IMG/VR virus record: IMGVR_UViG_3300045988_129956 | Location: 16,545 to 80,544 of that record | DNA length: 64,000 nucleotides | Direction: 5' to 3' (one strand) | Source: a virus | In this document: one piece after another, positions 41,448 through 51,331 of the stretch | How the letters are laid out: each line of letters begins with the position of its first letter | How positions within the stretch are numbered: the stretch's first letter is position 1 | Program-made: the position numbers and the translations under genes | Notes under the pieces: model-generated | Database searches by the model: none | The model's input: only the letters and a program-made list of their open reading frames with translations | Told to the model about the DNA's origin: nothing

Positions 41448-41688
41448 ATCCTTCTGTTATTATTTTGTAAACAAGATCAGTCATATCTTTGATGGATTCT
41501 GTATCATAATCAATAATAACGATATTGAATTTTTGTTCCACCATCGCATCAAGCTCAATTCGATCAATAGAATCTAATCCAAGTTCTTTAAACGACACAT
41601 CTTCTTCATGAACTATATCCATTTCCGAATTAAGAAACTGAGTAATAATTATATCCTCTATTATCTTTCTAATTCTTACTTTTTCCAT
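41437..41688 (-). CDS. acyl carrier protein-like protein
   Basis: KELGLDSIDRIELDAMVEQKF matches the ACP phosphopantetheine-attachment helix (LGaDSLdtVEL). 83 aa. Confidence 0.6.
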   Translation of the reverse strand: MEKVRIRKIIEDIIITQFLNSEMDIVHEEDVSFKELGLDSIDRIELDAMVEQKFNIVIIDYDTESIKDMTDLVYKIITEGYGK

Positions 41689-42389
41689 TGCTTTCTAATT
41701 TTGTTAAATAAATACGTTTTTATGTTTTTCAACCTCTCTTTGTCTGTTTCCGAACTTCCGGTAAACAAATAATCCGGATTGCCTTTAGCCGGCGGCGTAG
41801 GCAATTTAGATACGGCAAACAACCAATCCATTTCCTTATTCTTCTTAGGCTCCAAATAAGGCTCGGTAGCGATCTTAAATTTTTCAGCTATTAGGTCAAA
41901 GAGCTTTGAGTTTTTAAGGTTCATATGGACTGAAAAAGCCTGAGAAGGCGGTTTCCATATGAAGTTACATAAGCTCATTGTGTAATCTCCTGACTCTGCT
42001 ATATAAGATTCCGTTACTTGAAGTATGACCTCTTTCTTAAATGAAGTATTACCCATAAACCAACACAATCTGGATTCCGCTTCTTTTCTGCTGACACCTA
42101 TGTCTTTTGAATATGATTCGTACATTCCTATCATAATCTTCAACGTTTCCAGAACCTCGTCCGTCATTTCCGGTGTCTCTATATAATTCACAAAAGACGT
42201 TCCTTTGTTGGTTAATCTCATCACGCCTGATTTTAATTTCTCAACCAGGCCAAGCTCTATATATCTTCCAGCGTCTTCTTCCGGTATGGCTTCGATCATA
42301 ACCGCATCCTTCTGTCTTATGGCAAGAAGATTAGCGAGATCATTAGGAGTCATGTCTGATGCTGTAAGTTGTCTGAAATTGATGTACAT
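41676..42389 (-). CDS. hypothetical protein (237 aa), first gene of ACP-NfeD-SPFH operon
   Basis: ORF overlapping the ACP start. Confidence 0.5.
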   Translation of the reverse strand: MYINFRQLTASDMTPNDLANLLAIRQKDAVMIEAIPEEDAGRYIELGLVEKLKSGVMRLTNKGTSFVNYIETPEMTDEVLETLKIMIGMYESYSKDIGVSRKEAESRLCWFMGNTSFKKEVILQVTESYIAESGDYTMSLCNFIWKPPSQAFSVHMNLKNSKLFDLIAEKFKIATEPYLEPKKNKEMDWLFAVSKLPTPPAKGNPDYLFTGSSETDKERLKNIKTYLFNKIRKQWKK

Positions 42390-42391
42390 TC

Positions 42392-42598
42392 CTAATCAGC
42401 TTTAATGAAAATAACATCTCTATTATCCTCCCTCTCCGCGTGACTACACGGACCTGCAATCACATCCACTGCCCCGCATGTAAAGTAATTGAATATACAT
42501 CCTTCACATCCTGCATTTGGCGCCGTAGGTTCCACACATTTTAATCTCACAAGTCCGGCATCAAACACTTCTCCTACTTTAAATTCCTTCTTTTCCAT
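42392..42598 (-). CDS. Cys-rich small protein (68 aa)
   Basis: CVEPTAPNAGCEGCIFNYFTCG...CSH. Confidence 0.4.
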   Translation of the reverse strand: MEKKEFKVGEVFDAGLVRLKCVEPTAPNAGCEGCIFNYFTCGAVDVIAGPCSHAEREDNRDVIFIKAD

Positions 42599-42613
42599 AT
42601 TTCCTCCTTGTTT

Positions 42614-43216
42614 TTAACTGTTGTACCCTTCTTTGATAATCGAATTTCTACCGGTAGATACCGACTGTCGAAGATCGTCATGTACAGAATCTACCGTAGA
42701 ATACTTGTTTCTGGTTGTAAAAATAACTTCCAGCATCTCCTTGTAATCACCTAAAGCTACTTCGTATCTCGGATCCACTTTGGCTTTTCTTTCAGCCTCG
42801 GCATTACTTTTAGCCAGCTCTCGGTCGAGAAGGTCTTCTTTGATCCGGTCAGCAATCATATCAAGTTCTTTTTTAATAACTTCTCCTGCTGCCCGAAGTT
42901 GACCTTCTACGTCACCAAGCTGGTCTTGGACGGTACCTATTTCTTTCTTTAGACGATCGTATTCGTTAATCATACCCATATCACCTGCATAACCAGAAAA
43001 GTCTTTGATTATTCTGGTCCCTTCTTTAAGAAGCTCAATGACTCGTCTTTTGCGTTCTCTGCTTATTAAAGACGGAAGACGATAATTCATATCCGCTACT
43101 GCTTTATCATGTATGGAGTTGATTAAAAACATCTCTCTTTCATCCCCTGCGAACTCAGTAAGAACCAAAAGGAACTTACTTATCAGGTATTCGTTTTCTT
43201 CTACGGTAAGTCTCAT
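42614..43216 (-). CDS. hypothetical coiled-coil protein
   Basis: The track ORF reaches 43369, overlapping the DnaB-like gene. ATG 43216 (MRLTVEENEY) removes the overlap. Confidence 0.5.
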   Translation of the reverse strand: MRLTVEENEYLISKFLLVLTEFAGDEREMFLINSIHDKAVADMNYRLPSLISRERKRRVIELLKEGTRIIKDFSGYAGDMGMINEYDRLKKEIGTVQDQLGDVEGQLRAAGEVIKKELDMIADRIKEDLLDRELAKSNAEAERKAKVDPRYEVALGDYKEMLEVIFTTRNKYSTVDSVHDDLRQSVSTGRNSIIKEGYNS

Positions 43217-43230
43217 ACGTTTCTTTTTTT

Positions 43231-44364
43231 TTAATATACTGACTGTTCTTCCTTTACCTCTTGTTCTTGATCTTGATTGTTCGTAACGTCTTCCACAGTA
43301 TAGAGCTTGGGCGGCGTCGGCGGCTGGTTGGGGTTCACGAACTTCGTCCCTCCCTCCCCGTACATCCATCCATGCCCCGGCAGGATCTCTGGGTGGATTG
43401 TATTAGTAAGCTCTTCCATACTAACTTGCCTTACCTTCAGTATATGATGAAACACCAGTCCGGCTGTCCTGAATGATGTTTTGTTTTCAGTTTTAAACCG
43501 GTCAAGAGTCTGATACCAGTCTTTCCCAAATATCATATACTTGTCCAGCCCGTATCTGCGAGGATTATGCAAACCTATCATTAACGTACATAGTTGCCCC
43601 AGCGTATCAGACTGATAAAAGTCAGAAAGACGGGGAGGCTGCTCTTGAGGGCTTTTTATCCTTCCTTCTATCTCTCTGTTGAATTGGGATATGATGAGGA
43701 AAAATATGTTTTTATATACTAATTTAGCCTCGTTCATAACCGCCACCAAATCATCTATAGCCGACTTAGGATCTAATCCCATTCTTTTTATCAAAGCAAT
43801 ATGATCGACTTTAAATATTATAAGACGTTTGTCTTTGTGTTTGGTAGCTATATGATACACAGCCGCCTCAAACTCTTTTACCGTACACGGAGCATCGATG
43901 TATATTATATTATTTCTAATTTCACCTTGAAGGATTTCAAACATCCTCATCTCTTCTACTGTATTAGAATCTTGCCTTCTTAATATTTCAGGAGCCCGTT
44001 TTTTCATATCCTGGCTCATTCTGCGAAGAAGAAGATCTTGAGGATTCATTTCGAACTCGCAATTGACAAGAAAATAATCTTCTGCTTGCGGGTTGATCAT
44101 CGGATTCATCACATTTTCCAATATCTTTTGGGCCACATACGATTTACCCACAGATGGCCGAGCTCCTATGGCAATAGCATGCTGAGGGAAAATACCTCCA
44201 AGCAAAGCCTCATCAATATAATCGTATCCGGTTTTAGCGGGGATAAGCTCTCCCCGCCTGTATTTCAAGATATTCTCATACGCCTCCTCCATAACCTGTT
44301 TAGAGGTCTTGAATATCCTTCTTATATCTATCTTATTTGCTATCTCCTCGTGCATTTTTGTCAC
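43231..44364 (-). CDS. DnaB-like replicative helicase (RecA-fold C-terminal domain)
   Basis: Walker A GARPSVGKS. Walker B LIIFKVDHIAL. SQFNR corresponds to the DnaB SQLNR motif. Confidence 0.7.
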   Translation of the reverse strand: MTKMHEEIANKIDIRRIFKTSKQVMEEAYENILKYRRGELIPAKTGYDYIDEALLGGIFPQHAIAIGARPSVGKSYVAQKILENVMNPMINPQAEDYFLVNCEFEMNPQDLLLRRMSQDMKKRAPEILRRQDSNTVEEMRMFEILQGEIRNNIIYIDAPCTVKEFEAAVYHIATKHKDKRLIIFKVDHIALIKRMGLDPKSAIDDLVAVMNEAKLVYKNIFFLIISQFNREIEGRIKSPQEQPPRLSDFYQSDTLGQLCTLMIGLHNPRRYGLDKYMIFGKDWYQTLDRFKTENKTSFRTAGLVFHHILKVRQVSMEELTNTIHPEILPGHGWMYGEGGTKFVNPNQPPTPPKLYTVEDVTNNQDQEQEVKEEQSVY

Positions 44365-44611
44365 CTTTTGTATCCGATTTGGATCCCCTATTAGCTTTTA
44401 CTGATTTATACCTAAGACCGTTCTTGGTATGAGAACAATCCTTGCCTTTCCTCCAGCCCTTGCCCTTCTTCTTGTCCGTTTCGTAGTTTTTACGACCAAG
44501 CTCTCGGCGTTTGGCTTTCTGTTCCGGTCTGGCATTTATCTCCTTGTCCTTTTTAGCCTTTTTCTTCCTGGCTTCGGGATGAGTCCTGTAGTACTCTGTT
44601 GATCTGCCCAT
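44333..44611 (-). CDS. highly basic Lys/Arg-rich small protein (histone-like or nucleic-acid-binding?)
   Basis: 92 aa, more than 35 percent K/R, e.g. RKKKAKKDKEINARPEQKAKRRELGRKNY. Confidence 0.45.
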   Translation of the reverse strand: MGRSTEYYRTHPEARKKKAKKDKEINARPEQKAKRRELGRKNYETDKKKGKGWRKGKDCSHTKNGLRYKSVKANRGSKSDTKGDKNARGDSK

Positions 44612-44663
44612 GTGCTTATATTTTTTTTGATTAATAATAGCACAAAGATAGGCAATTCGCGCC

Positions 44664-45230
44664 CTATTTCAACCTACCGTAGCTCATGTCGGGATCACAC
44701 CAGACATACCCGTCTTTCTCATCATGAAGATACTCAGGACATCCTCTGCATGCGCTACTGCCTGACACTATTTGGTTGTTCTTATTAGGGCACTTATCTC
44801 CAGGCTTATGCCATTCTATTCTCGAACCTGATCGCTCTTTGTTTACATGACAGAACTGAAAGATTTTCCCCATCGTCTTCTCTCCGAACATACCTATATG
44901 TGTGTACTCTTCCGGTATAGAGAGAAATTCAGATAAATCTTTATACATCCTTTCCCGTTCCTCCGGCGTAGACCATAGTCTGTCAAGTTCGGCATGGACT
45001 CTTATCTTAAGAGACCTCAGTGATGGCCCCGCAAGCCGGCCTTTAGCTTTTCCCTTATTCGGCCCTGATTCATGAACACCGACATAAGCATTGCATGGTT
45101 TACACATCATAACCATCCCTAATCCTTTTCTGTTATATATTTTATCGGCATTGACCAGCTCGGTTTCTTTTCCGCAATAAGGACAAATTTCGCCTCTTAA
45201 AACCCGTTGTTGGCGCTCATTAAGTTCCAT
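44664..45230 (-). CDS. zinc-ribbon domain protein, hypothetical
   Basis: CPYCG...CKPC and C-terminal CRGC...C. Confidence 0.5.
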   Translation of the reverse strand: MELNERQQRVLRGEICPYCGKETELVNADKIYNRKGLGMVMMCKPCNAYVGVHESGPNKGKAKGRLAGPSLRSLKIRVHAELDRLWSTPEERERMYKDLSEFLSIPEEYTHIGMFGEKTMGKIFQFCHVNKERSGSRIEWHKPGDKCPNKNNQIVSGSSACRGCPEYLHDEKDGYVWCDPDMSYGRLK

Positions 45231-45472
45231 ACCCTATTCTTTTGTTTTTCTTTAAACTTTTCATACAAACTGCTTTCAGTTTCCATTTCCGAAATCTCTA
45301 CCTCTACGTCCTCTCTTTTGAAAATTACTTTCTTGGCTGTCGGATATGCACATTTAGAGATACGAATAGCATTACGAATAGCGTAAACAAAATACGTTTC
45401 TGGTGACGATTCGATCACCACTACCTCATTTAAAGTGTTTTTGTAATTTTCCATATTATCTGCTTGCTTCAA
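45197..45472 (-). CDS. hypothetical protein (91 aa)
   Basis: ORF. Confidence 0.4.
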   Translation of the reverse strand: MKQADNMENYKNTLNEVVVIESSPETYFVYAIRNAIRISKCAYPTAKKVIFKREDVEVEISEMETESSLYEKFKEKQKNRVWNLMSANNGF

Positions 45473-45809
45473 TTACACACCCTGGATTATCTTCACATGC
45501 CTCTTTGTATTCGATAAGAAACTTAAGAAATGAATCATAAGACCCCCATCCGTTTTCTGGTTCGTATCTCAAAAGACTCTTTCTCTTGGAGATCATAATA
45601 TATATACCTTTTGTGAGTATCTTCACCATCTCCTTAGTATCTATTTCCCTGCCCAATTCTTCCGGTCTCCAAACATAATCGTATAGTGTTTCTTTGTTTT
45701 CTGATACGAATATTTTTTGTGCCATCTTGTTCATGTTGTGGGTGATGTTTGCAACCCATTTACGATCCTCTTCTTTCTTCTTGCTCTTAATATAAACGTC
45801 CAGGCTCAT
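45456..45809 (-). CDS. hypothetical protein (117 aa)
   Basis: ORF. Confidence 0.45.
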   Translation of the reverse strand: MSLDVYIKSKKKEEDRKWVANITHNMNKMAQKIFVSENKETLYDYVWRPEELGREIDTKEMVKILTKGIYIMISKRKSLLRYEPENGWGSYDSFLKFLIEYKEACEDNPGCVIEASR

Positions 45810-46800
45810 AATATTTCTCTTTTACTTTGTTATTAATTATCAAATCTGCCACATCATCTCCGTCCCCTACATTCTCAACACTCTGAAGATAGTCCGATAC
45901 TTTTATCCTTGACTTCATCATCATCCCATCTATCTTTTTACTCCATGTGTCAAATGCTTGTCCTTTGTCCGGAAAAGCTACAGTCTTTCTATCTTTTAAA
46001 ACATCTATCACTTCCGGTCTTAAGTTCTGCAACCCACCGGTAGCTACAAATAACTCATCCGGTTTATTCACGGCGCATATAATAGCCGTCTTCTCTGACT
46101 CCACCAAATTAACTACCTTATCCGGATACTGGCTTAAAAGATGCTCTCCGAACAGGCATTGTCTAAACAAGAAGTCTCTTGCATGCAACGAGTGATAAAA
46201 CATGACATGAGGTCGCTCATTGTCACCGTCTTTTTCCTTCACTCTTTTTACATCAATCTCATTCCCCTGGCTGTCGGTCTTTATATAAAAGTCCATGATC
46301 TTGCCGGTTCTACATACAAAATCTTTGTCTATCTGCCAGAATATACAACACCCTTTCCATCCCCATAAGTCCATTGTTCCGACATGATACCTCCTGAATA
46401 CATCAGATACCCTTTCTTTTCCCCATAGAGACGATAAAAATCTAAATACGGTGTTTCTGTCGTCTGGAACCACAGTCCTCTCAAACTCGCTAAAAGGTAT
46501 GTAATTTACAACGTCAGGATTTACAGGAGGACGATAAGCTCTTATACACTTGTTTCCCGAAATCCAAAGATCTTTGTCACCTACATCCTTACCAGTAGGT
46601 CGTTTATCGTAACCGCAAGTCCGTTCATGATCGCATCTTCCGAACTCGTTGCCAACAACCTGACCTGTTGCCACATCAATATAAGGAGTGAGGCACCGGC
46701 TTTTTCCGCAAGCCGGGCAGGTTAGCTTCAGCCGGCTCCTTCCGGGCCTGCGGTCAAGTTGAAACCGGGGTACGTTTTCGTATCTTCTGAAATCAAGCAT
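45787..46800 (-). CDS. primase-like protein (N-terminal zinc-binding plus Toprim-like region), tentative
   Basis: CPACGK...CDHERTCGY. Then ESEKTAI and AFPDKGQA, which resemble the Toprim E and DxD motifs. Confidence 0.45.
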   Translation of the reverse strand: MLDFRRYENVPRFQLDRRPGRSRLKLTCPACGKSRCLTPYIDVATGQVVGNEFGRCDHERTCGYDKRPTGKDVGDKDLWISGNKCIRAYRPPVNPDVVNYIPFSEFERTVVPDDRNTVFRFLSSLWGKERVSDVFRRYHVGTMDLWGWKGCCIFWQIDKDFVCRTGKIMDFYIKTDSQGNEIDVKRVKEKDGDNERPHVMFYHSLHARDFLFRQCLFGEHLLSQYPDKVVNLVESEKTAIICAVNKPDELFVATGGLQNLRPEVIDVLKDRKTVAFPDKGQAFDTWSKKIDGMMMKSRIKVSDYLQSVENVGDGDDVADLIINNKVKEKYYEPGRLY

Positions 46801-47143
46801 TTTTAACTCCTCTTATTGCTTCTATGATTCTATCCGCTATAGTTATAGACCATGACACCACATTTGGTATATATACTCCGCAATCTATTTCTCCTTTTCT
46901 ATCTTGCATTTTAATGAACTCAATAGAATAAGCCTTAACAAGATCGAATCTACGTTGTTCCCAGTCTACATCTTTGTTCTCATCATCCACAGGAAGGGTA
47001 TCGAGATAATAATTTAAACTCTCATTTATCACACTTCCGTTGCTGTCATAGAATTGTATTTGGTCATAGTCGCTTCTTATAGTTGAACCACTGAAGGTGA
47101 TTACGTCTATTATCTCCCCGGTTCTTCTAATTTTTCTTTTCAT
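46793..47143 (-). CDS. hypothetical protein (116 aa)
   Basis: ORF. Confidence 0.45.
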   Translation of the reverse strand: MKRKIRRTGEIIDVITFSGSTIRSDYDQIQFYDSNGSVINESLNYYLDTLPVDDENKDVDWEQRRFDLVKAYSIEFIKMQDRKGEIDCGVYIPNVVSWSITIADRIIEAIRGVKNA

Positions 47144-47373
47144 ACTATTCTTGTGTTTCTAACCAGTATAGGCATTGTCACATTAACATTCTTGCCATAT
47201 TTCTCATAAGATGTGAGTATGCATATTGCATACTTATCCCCTATCTTCAAATCTTTCGATAATCTTAATCTTGACCCCCTTTTGATGTTAATAAAATAAT
47301 CACCAAAAGGATTGATACATATCGGTTTTACAATTTCCACATAATCTCCTTCAGGAATAACAATATCACTCAT
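47140..47373 (-). CDS. hypothetical protein (77 aa)
   Basis: ORF, coupled. Confidence 0.4.
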   Translation of the reverse strand: MSDIVIPEGDYVEIVKPICINPFGDYFINIKRGSRLRLSKDLKIGDKYAICILTSYEKYGKNVNVTMPILVRNTRIV

Positions 47374-48698
47374 ATTACGAATCTTTTAGACATTTCCTCA
47401 GCAATATCATATACAACAATATGATCCTCTTCATTGTATGGCTTATTGATATTCAGCACTCCTTTTCTTACCTTAAACCTCTTATCTTTTCTAAGGTGAT
47501 TCAACATCCCTTGTTGGAATACACAGTCTGCCTTCTCCATAGCAGCATTTTTATCAGACCATTCTTTTAGCGTATAACCTTTACTGTTCGTGCTTTTTGG
47601 AGAAAAATTCATAATACGTGCATCAATTCCGTACCAGTTTTTAACCATTCTCCTTTCAGCCTCCAACTGAAAAGCATGTTCATTTCGTATGTCACCCGAT
47701 TTAAAATCTAAGATAACAATCTCTTCTTTCTCCACTTCTCTCACTTCCTTCTTCGGATCTCCTTTTTTGAACTGTCCCGTAGCCCTTTGATATACGGCTC
47801 CAAAATAACCTTCTTCTTTGTACTTGAATGTCATTTTAACCATCGCATCTATCGGCGTAGCTACCAAATAATCTTCTAATGACAATATTCTTTCAATCAT
47901 CATCGGCTTAACCTTATACTCCGAACAAAATTTAGCAAACTTCATAACCCTAACAATCATATCGTCAAGATCATCTATGCTACCAAAGAATTTGTCAAGA
48001 TTCTTTTTCGATATCTTAAGCTTGCCTTCTTGCACTGTCTTAACTATAAAACTTCGATTTAAGACCATATCTCTACCTGTCAAGTACAATCCGTATAGGT
48101 AGTGCATGATCGTTCCTTTATCTGCATCATATTCTGATACTTCTTCCGGATTGCGACCAATCATCCTCATCTCCTGCCTCCATTCTTGAAGAGCCGTCTT
48201 GTCATCTACGAATCCGTCTCTGATCATGGTTGTTACCGAAGCATATATCTTGGCTGTCCCATCGTCCATCTTTCTTACATAAAAACGATTACCGTCTAAT
48301 GTCAATCTTACGAATTTGGGAGTCTCGATCTTCTTTAACTCATCACAGATATAAAATGGCTCTAACGTTTCCTGATTTTCTGTAAACGGATTCAAATCTT
48401 CTTCTCCAGGGTTAGGAGCGGCTTCCTCCGCCGGAGCTTCCGGTTCCTCTCCCTGGACCGGCTCTGGCTCAGGCGCCGGCTCTTCAACTACTGGAACCTG
48501 TCCACCTCTTTCGGCTATGTCTTTATTCTTTATCAAAGTCATAACTTCCTTTTTTAACTGCTCTGGTGTTTGATTAGGATCTGATACCGACATCACAACA
48601 TCGTTCATTCTAAACAACGTATTTCCTTCTCCTTCCACCATAGGTACAAACCCTAAATCTGTTAATATTTTAATCTTTTCTTCTATCATACCTATCAA
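47370..48698 (-). CDS. second PD-(D/E)xK-family nuclease (YqaJ/RecB-like), tentative, with PE-rich linker
   Basis: ILDFKSGD...QLEAERRM resembles the DxK / QxxxY motifs. PEPEPVQGEEPEAPAEE linker. Confidence 0.5.
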   Translation of the reverse strand: MIGMIEEKIKILTDLGFVPMVEGEGNTLFRMNDVVMSVSDPNQTPEQLKKEVMTLIKNKDIAERGGQVPVVEEPAPEPEPVQGEEPEAPAEEAAPNPGEEDLNPFTENQETLEPFYICDELKKIETPKFVRLTLDGNRFYVRKMDDGTAKIYASVTTMIRDGFVDDKTALQEWRQEMRMIGRNPEEVSEYDADKGTIMHYLYGLYLTGRDMVLNRSFIVKTVQEGKLKISKKNLDKFFGSIDDLDDMIVRVMKFAKFCSEYKVKPMMIERILSLEDYLVATPIDAMVKMTFKYKEEGYFGAVYQRATGQFKKGDPKKEVREVEKEEIVILDFKSGDIRNEHAFQLEAERRMVKNWYGIDARIMNFSPKSTNSKGYTLKEWSDKNAAMEKADCVFQQGMLNHLRKDKRFKVRKGVLNINKPYNEEDHIVVYDIAEEMSKRFVI

Positions 48699-49188
48699 TT
48701 ATTTCAATAATCAACCTGCCTCTTTCTTTAATCATTCCCCTGCCTTCCATATCCAGCACCTTCTTTACCGCATACTTCCATACAAAAGGAAATTCTGTTT
48801 CAAGTTTATCAAATTCCATCCGGTCGAGATACATGTCGAATATCGTATGCTCCGATTCATGTAGGAAAACTATATTATCCCTGCAAGTAGCAACCGACTT
48901 ATATATCCTTTTCGGAAGTATGTGACAGACGTTACATACTGTAGGAAAATGAATAGCCTTACCGGTCATAGACATCCGACTATTATTTAACTCTTCCAGC
49001 ATAAGACGAAAAAACCCGGATAAATCCGGGTTCTCTAACTTTTTCTTCTTGCTGCTGTTTTTAATGGATGTAATTCTGTCTTTTTTCTTCGGAGTCAACT
49101 CTTTACTCCTGCAAGCCTGGCATAAGCCATGACTTCTTATCATCACTTTTCGTCCGCATCTTTCGCAGACGTACAATTTCTTTTCCAC
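48670..49188 (-). CDS. zinc-ribbon protein, possible HNH/His-Me finger
   Basis: CERCG...CQAC, later CNVCH...H.SEH. Confidence 0.4.
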   Translation of the reverse strand: MEKKLYVCERCGRKVMIRSHGLCQACRSKELTPKKKDRITSIKNSSKKKKLENPDLSGFFRLMLEELNNSRMSMTGKAIHFPTVCNVCHILPKRIYKSVATCRDNIVFLHESEHTIFDMYLDRMEFDKLETEFPFVWKYAVKKVLDMEGRGMIKERGRLIIEIIDRYDRRKD

Positions 49189-49365
49189 TCTCTATATTTC
49201 AATACAAGTGATATAATTGAAAAGGATACTGCCGTTAAAGATAACGTATATGGTAAGTTCATTAACCATCTCGGTACTTCTTCGGTCTTAATCACTATCA
49301 GCAAAGTAGCACCTGCTACTACCAATAATACAATTGCCGTCGCAAGTGCTACACGGGAAACAACA

Positions 49366-49836
49366 TCACTCATCAGTTTTCTTTTCTCCCAATTTTTCTA
49401 CACCTTTTTGCAGATCGTATTTAAATACTTCAATGATTTTCGTTTCTGCAATAGACTCGCAATTCCAGTCGCCCAACGTACCTTGCATCCCCTTAGTTAA
49501 CACAGCCTCAGCATCTTTCGGATTGCCGGCCTGGACATACATATAGCATGGCGTTTTCTTTTCTTTACCTTTCTTTTCATTCAGTGTAATGTAATTAACC
49601 TTACACTTATACCAGTACTCAGCTTCTCCGTTGAAGAAGATTTCCGACACTTTAATAGGGTTAATTTTTACAACCTCGAAAGAATTGTACAAATCTTTAA
49701 AGATCTCCAACGATCTTGATTCTGCCTCTGTATAAGACAAGGCATCCACCAAATACTTTTCAGTTACTTTCTTTTTTTTGCCGTTCTCGATATTATCAAT
49801 CTCGGCTTTTACCGTAATTTCAAACCAGCGATTCAT
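49366..49836 (-). CDS. hypothetical protein (156 aa)
   Basis: ORF. Confidence 0.45.
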   Translation of the reverse strand: MNRWFEITVKAEIDNIENGKKKKVTEKYLVDALSYTEAESRSLEIFKDLYNSFEVVKINPIKVSEIFFNGEAEYWYKCKVNYITLNEKKGKEKKTPCYMYVQAGNPKDAEAVLTKGMQGTLGDWNCESIAETKIIEVFKYDLQKGVEKLGEKKTDE

Positions 49837-49847
49837 TGTATTAATAT

Positions 49848-50102
49848 TTAATTAGTTGATTTCTTTCCTTTCTCTATACTGTTTTTAAATCTTTCAGAAC
49901 ACCACTGCAAAACGTCCATCATCATCATCTCATTATTAGATAAGATACCTTTTATAACTAACGCCAATTGATGCTGTGACATTCGTTGGCTCATATCAAA
50001 TCTTCTTTCCTCTTCATTTACTATCGTAGCCACGAAATACTTACACCCCTCTAAATGCGTCAGGGCTTCAATCATAGCTTCTTTTATCTCTTTTTCTTCC
50101 AT
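49848..50102 (-). CDS. hypothetical protein (84 aa)
   Basis: ORF. Confidence 0.4.
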   Translation of the reverse strand: MEEKEIKEAMIEALTHLEGCKYFVATIVNEEERRFDMSQRMSQHQLALVIKGILSNNEMMMMDVLQWCSERFKNSIEKGKKSTN

Positions 50103-50174
50103 TATGTTTGTTTTTTGGACAAAGATATGTCTTTTGATAATAAAAAAGATTCAAAATGATTTAATTTAGCTTAA

Positions 50175-50843
50175 TTACTGCTCTTTTGATTCGTCCGGTA
50201 TAGGCATGTCAAACTTTTTTCTGATAAACGACTCTGTTTCTTCATTGAATGGATAGGCTTCCTTAATAAAATTCATAGCTACCTCCATATTACCGTCTGC
50301 TATATCTTTATACCTTTCAAAGATACCAACCAGGTCATTGTTATATGAACGCTCTTGTTTTATGTTGTACACGCATTTCAACACCCTGTTTTTAATTTCA
50401 TTGGCTTTTTTCACGGTGTCATTGAAGGTATTTATACTTGTCAATTCAGGGTTTTTATTTTTCTCATTTATCTTATCAAACTCTTCCTTGCTATATCCTG
50501 TTTCTCCTTTAACAGCCGGGCAAACACCCTCCTTCATGATCCAAAACTGTTCATACGTTCCTGCCAGATATCTCGATTCTGTTTTAAATGCATTATACTT
50601 GACAAGCAAATTAGCCACCTCAGTTGCACCTTCTATGGTTCTAAAACCGATGCCGATATCTTTTAACATAAATACCGGAACTCCAGTTCTTGGATACACG
50701 ACTTCTTTTTTGTTCTTTATATTCCAGTTTTTAGCTTCAATTGGAATACCTTTATTAGCAAGCTCTTTGTCTATATACAGACTTATGTCTTCGTCTGTCA
50801 ATTCCACAATCTCATCTCTGCTTAAATCAAAAATTGTTTTCAT
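50175..50843 (-). CDS. hypothetical protein (222 aa)
   Basis: ORF. Confidence 0.5.
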   Translation of the reverse strand: MKTIFDLSRDEIVELTDEDISLYIDKELANKGIPIEAKNWNIKNKKEVVYPRTGVPVFMLKDIGIGFRTIEGATEVANLLVKYNAFKTESRYLAGTYEQFWIMKEGVCPAVKGETGYSKEEFDKINEKNKNPELTSINTFNDTVKKANEIKNRVLKCVYNIKQERSYNNDLVGIFERYKDIADGNMEVAMNFIKEAYPFNEETESFIRKKFDMPIPDESKEQ

Positions 50844-51043
50844 TTTTCTTTATTTATTAGATTAAACAACTTACTTCTTTGTTCAGGCTCCGTATATTCC
50901 ACCCATATATCGGCTGCCACATTTCTAAGAAATTCCATAAAGTCTTGATGATCCCTGTATTCAACAGAGTCAACTTTTCTCACAAAACTTAGAATTTCCT
51001 TTAACATCTTATTGTTTTCTTCAAGAAGTTCTCTGTCGGTCAT
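50840..51043 (-). CDS. hypothetical protein (67 aa)
   Basis: ORF, coupled. Confidence 0.4.
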   Translation of the reverse strand: MTDRELLEENNKMLKEILSFVRKVDSVEYRDHQDFMEFLRNVAADIWVEYTEPEQRSKLFNLINKEK

Positions 51044-51049
51044 AACCTT

Positions 51050-51298
51050 TCAAATTTTCTTCTTATGGTGTTGATTCTTTACCGCTCCGGCTACCGCCGA
51101 CAACTCCACGTCCCTTTCCATTGTTACCCGAAGATCTTCTTCTGTTAAAGAAAAAGACATAGTTAACACAGGAGTATCCTTAAAATACCAATCACATAAT
51201 TCTTTTAACTCTTTACGTTCATCCTCGTTTTTACATTTATGAATGGTAAGGTAATTCATTCTTTCCTCTTTTTCTTTGTCTGTTAAATATTTTTTCAT
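51050..51298 (-). CDS. hypothetical protein (82 aa)
   Basis: ORF. Confidence 0.4.
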   Translation of the reverse strand: MKKYLTDKEKEERMNYLTIHKCKNEDERKELKELCDWYFKDTPVLTMSFSLTEEDLRVTMERDVELSAVAGAVKNQHHKKKI

Positions 51299-51331
51299 AA
51301 TTCTAACTTTTAAAATTGAGTATATAATTAC

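Noticed and set aside
9770-48500. Short GC-rich patches inside ORFs (e.g. 9775-9850, 24735-24800, 43300-43390, 48410-48500)
   Set aside because: Each lies in-frame within a protein and encodes Pro/Ala/Gly/Arg-rich linkers. This is a compositional consequence of codon choice, not inserted elements.
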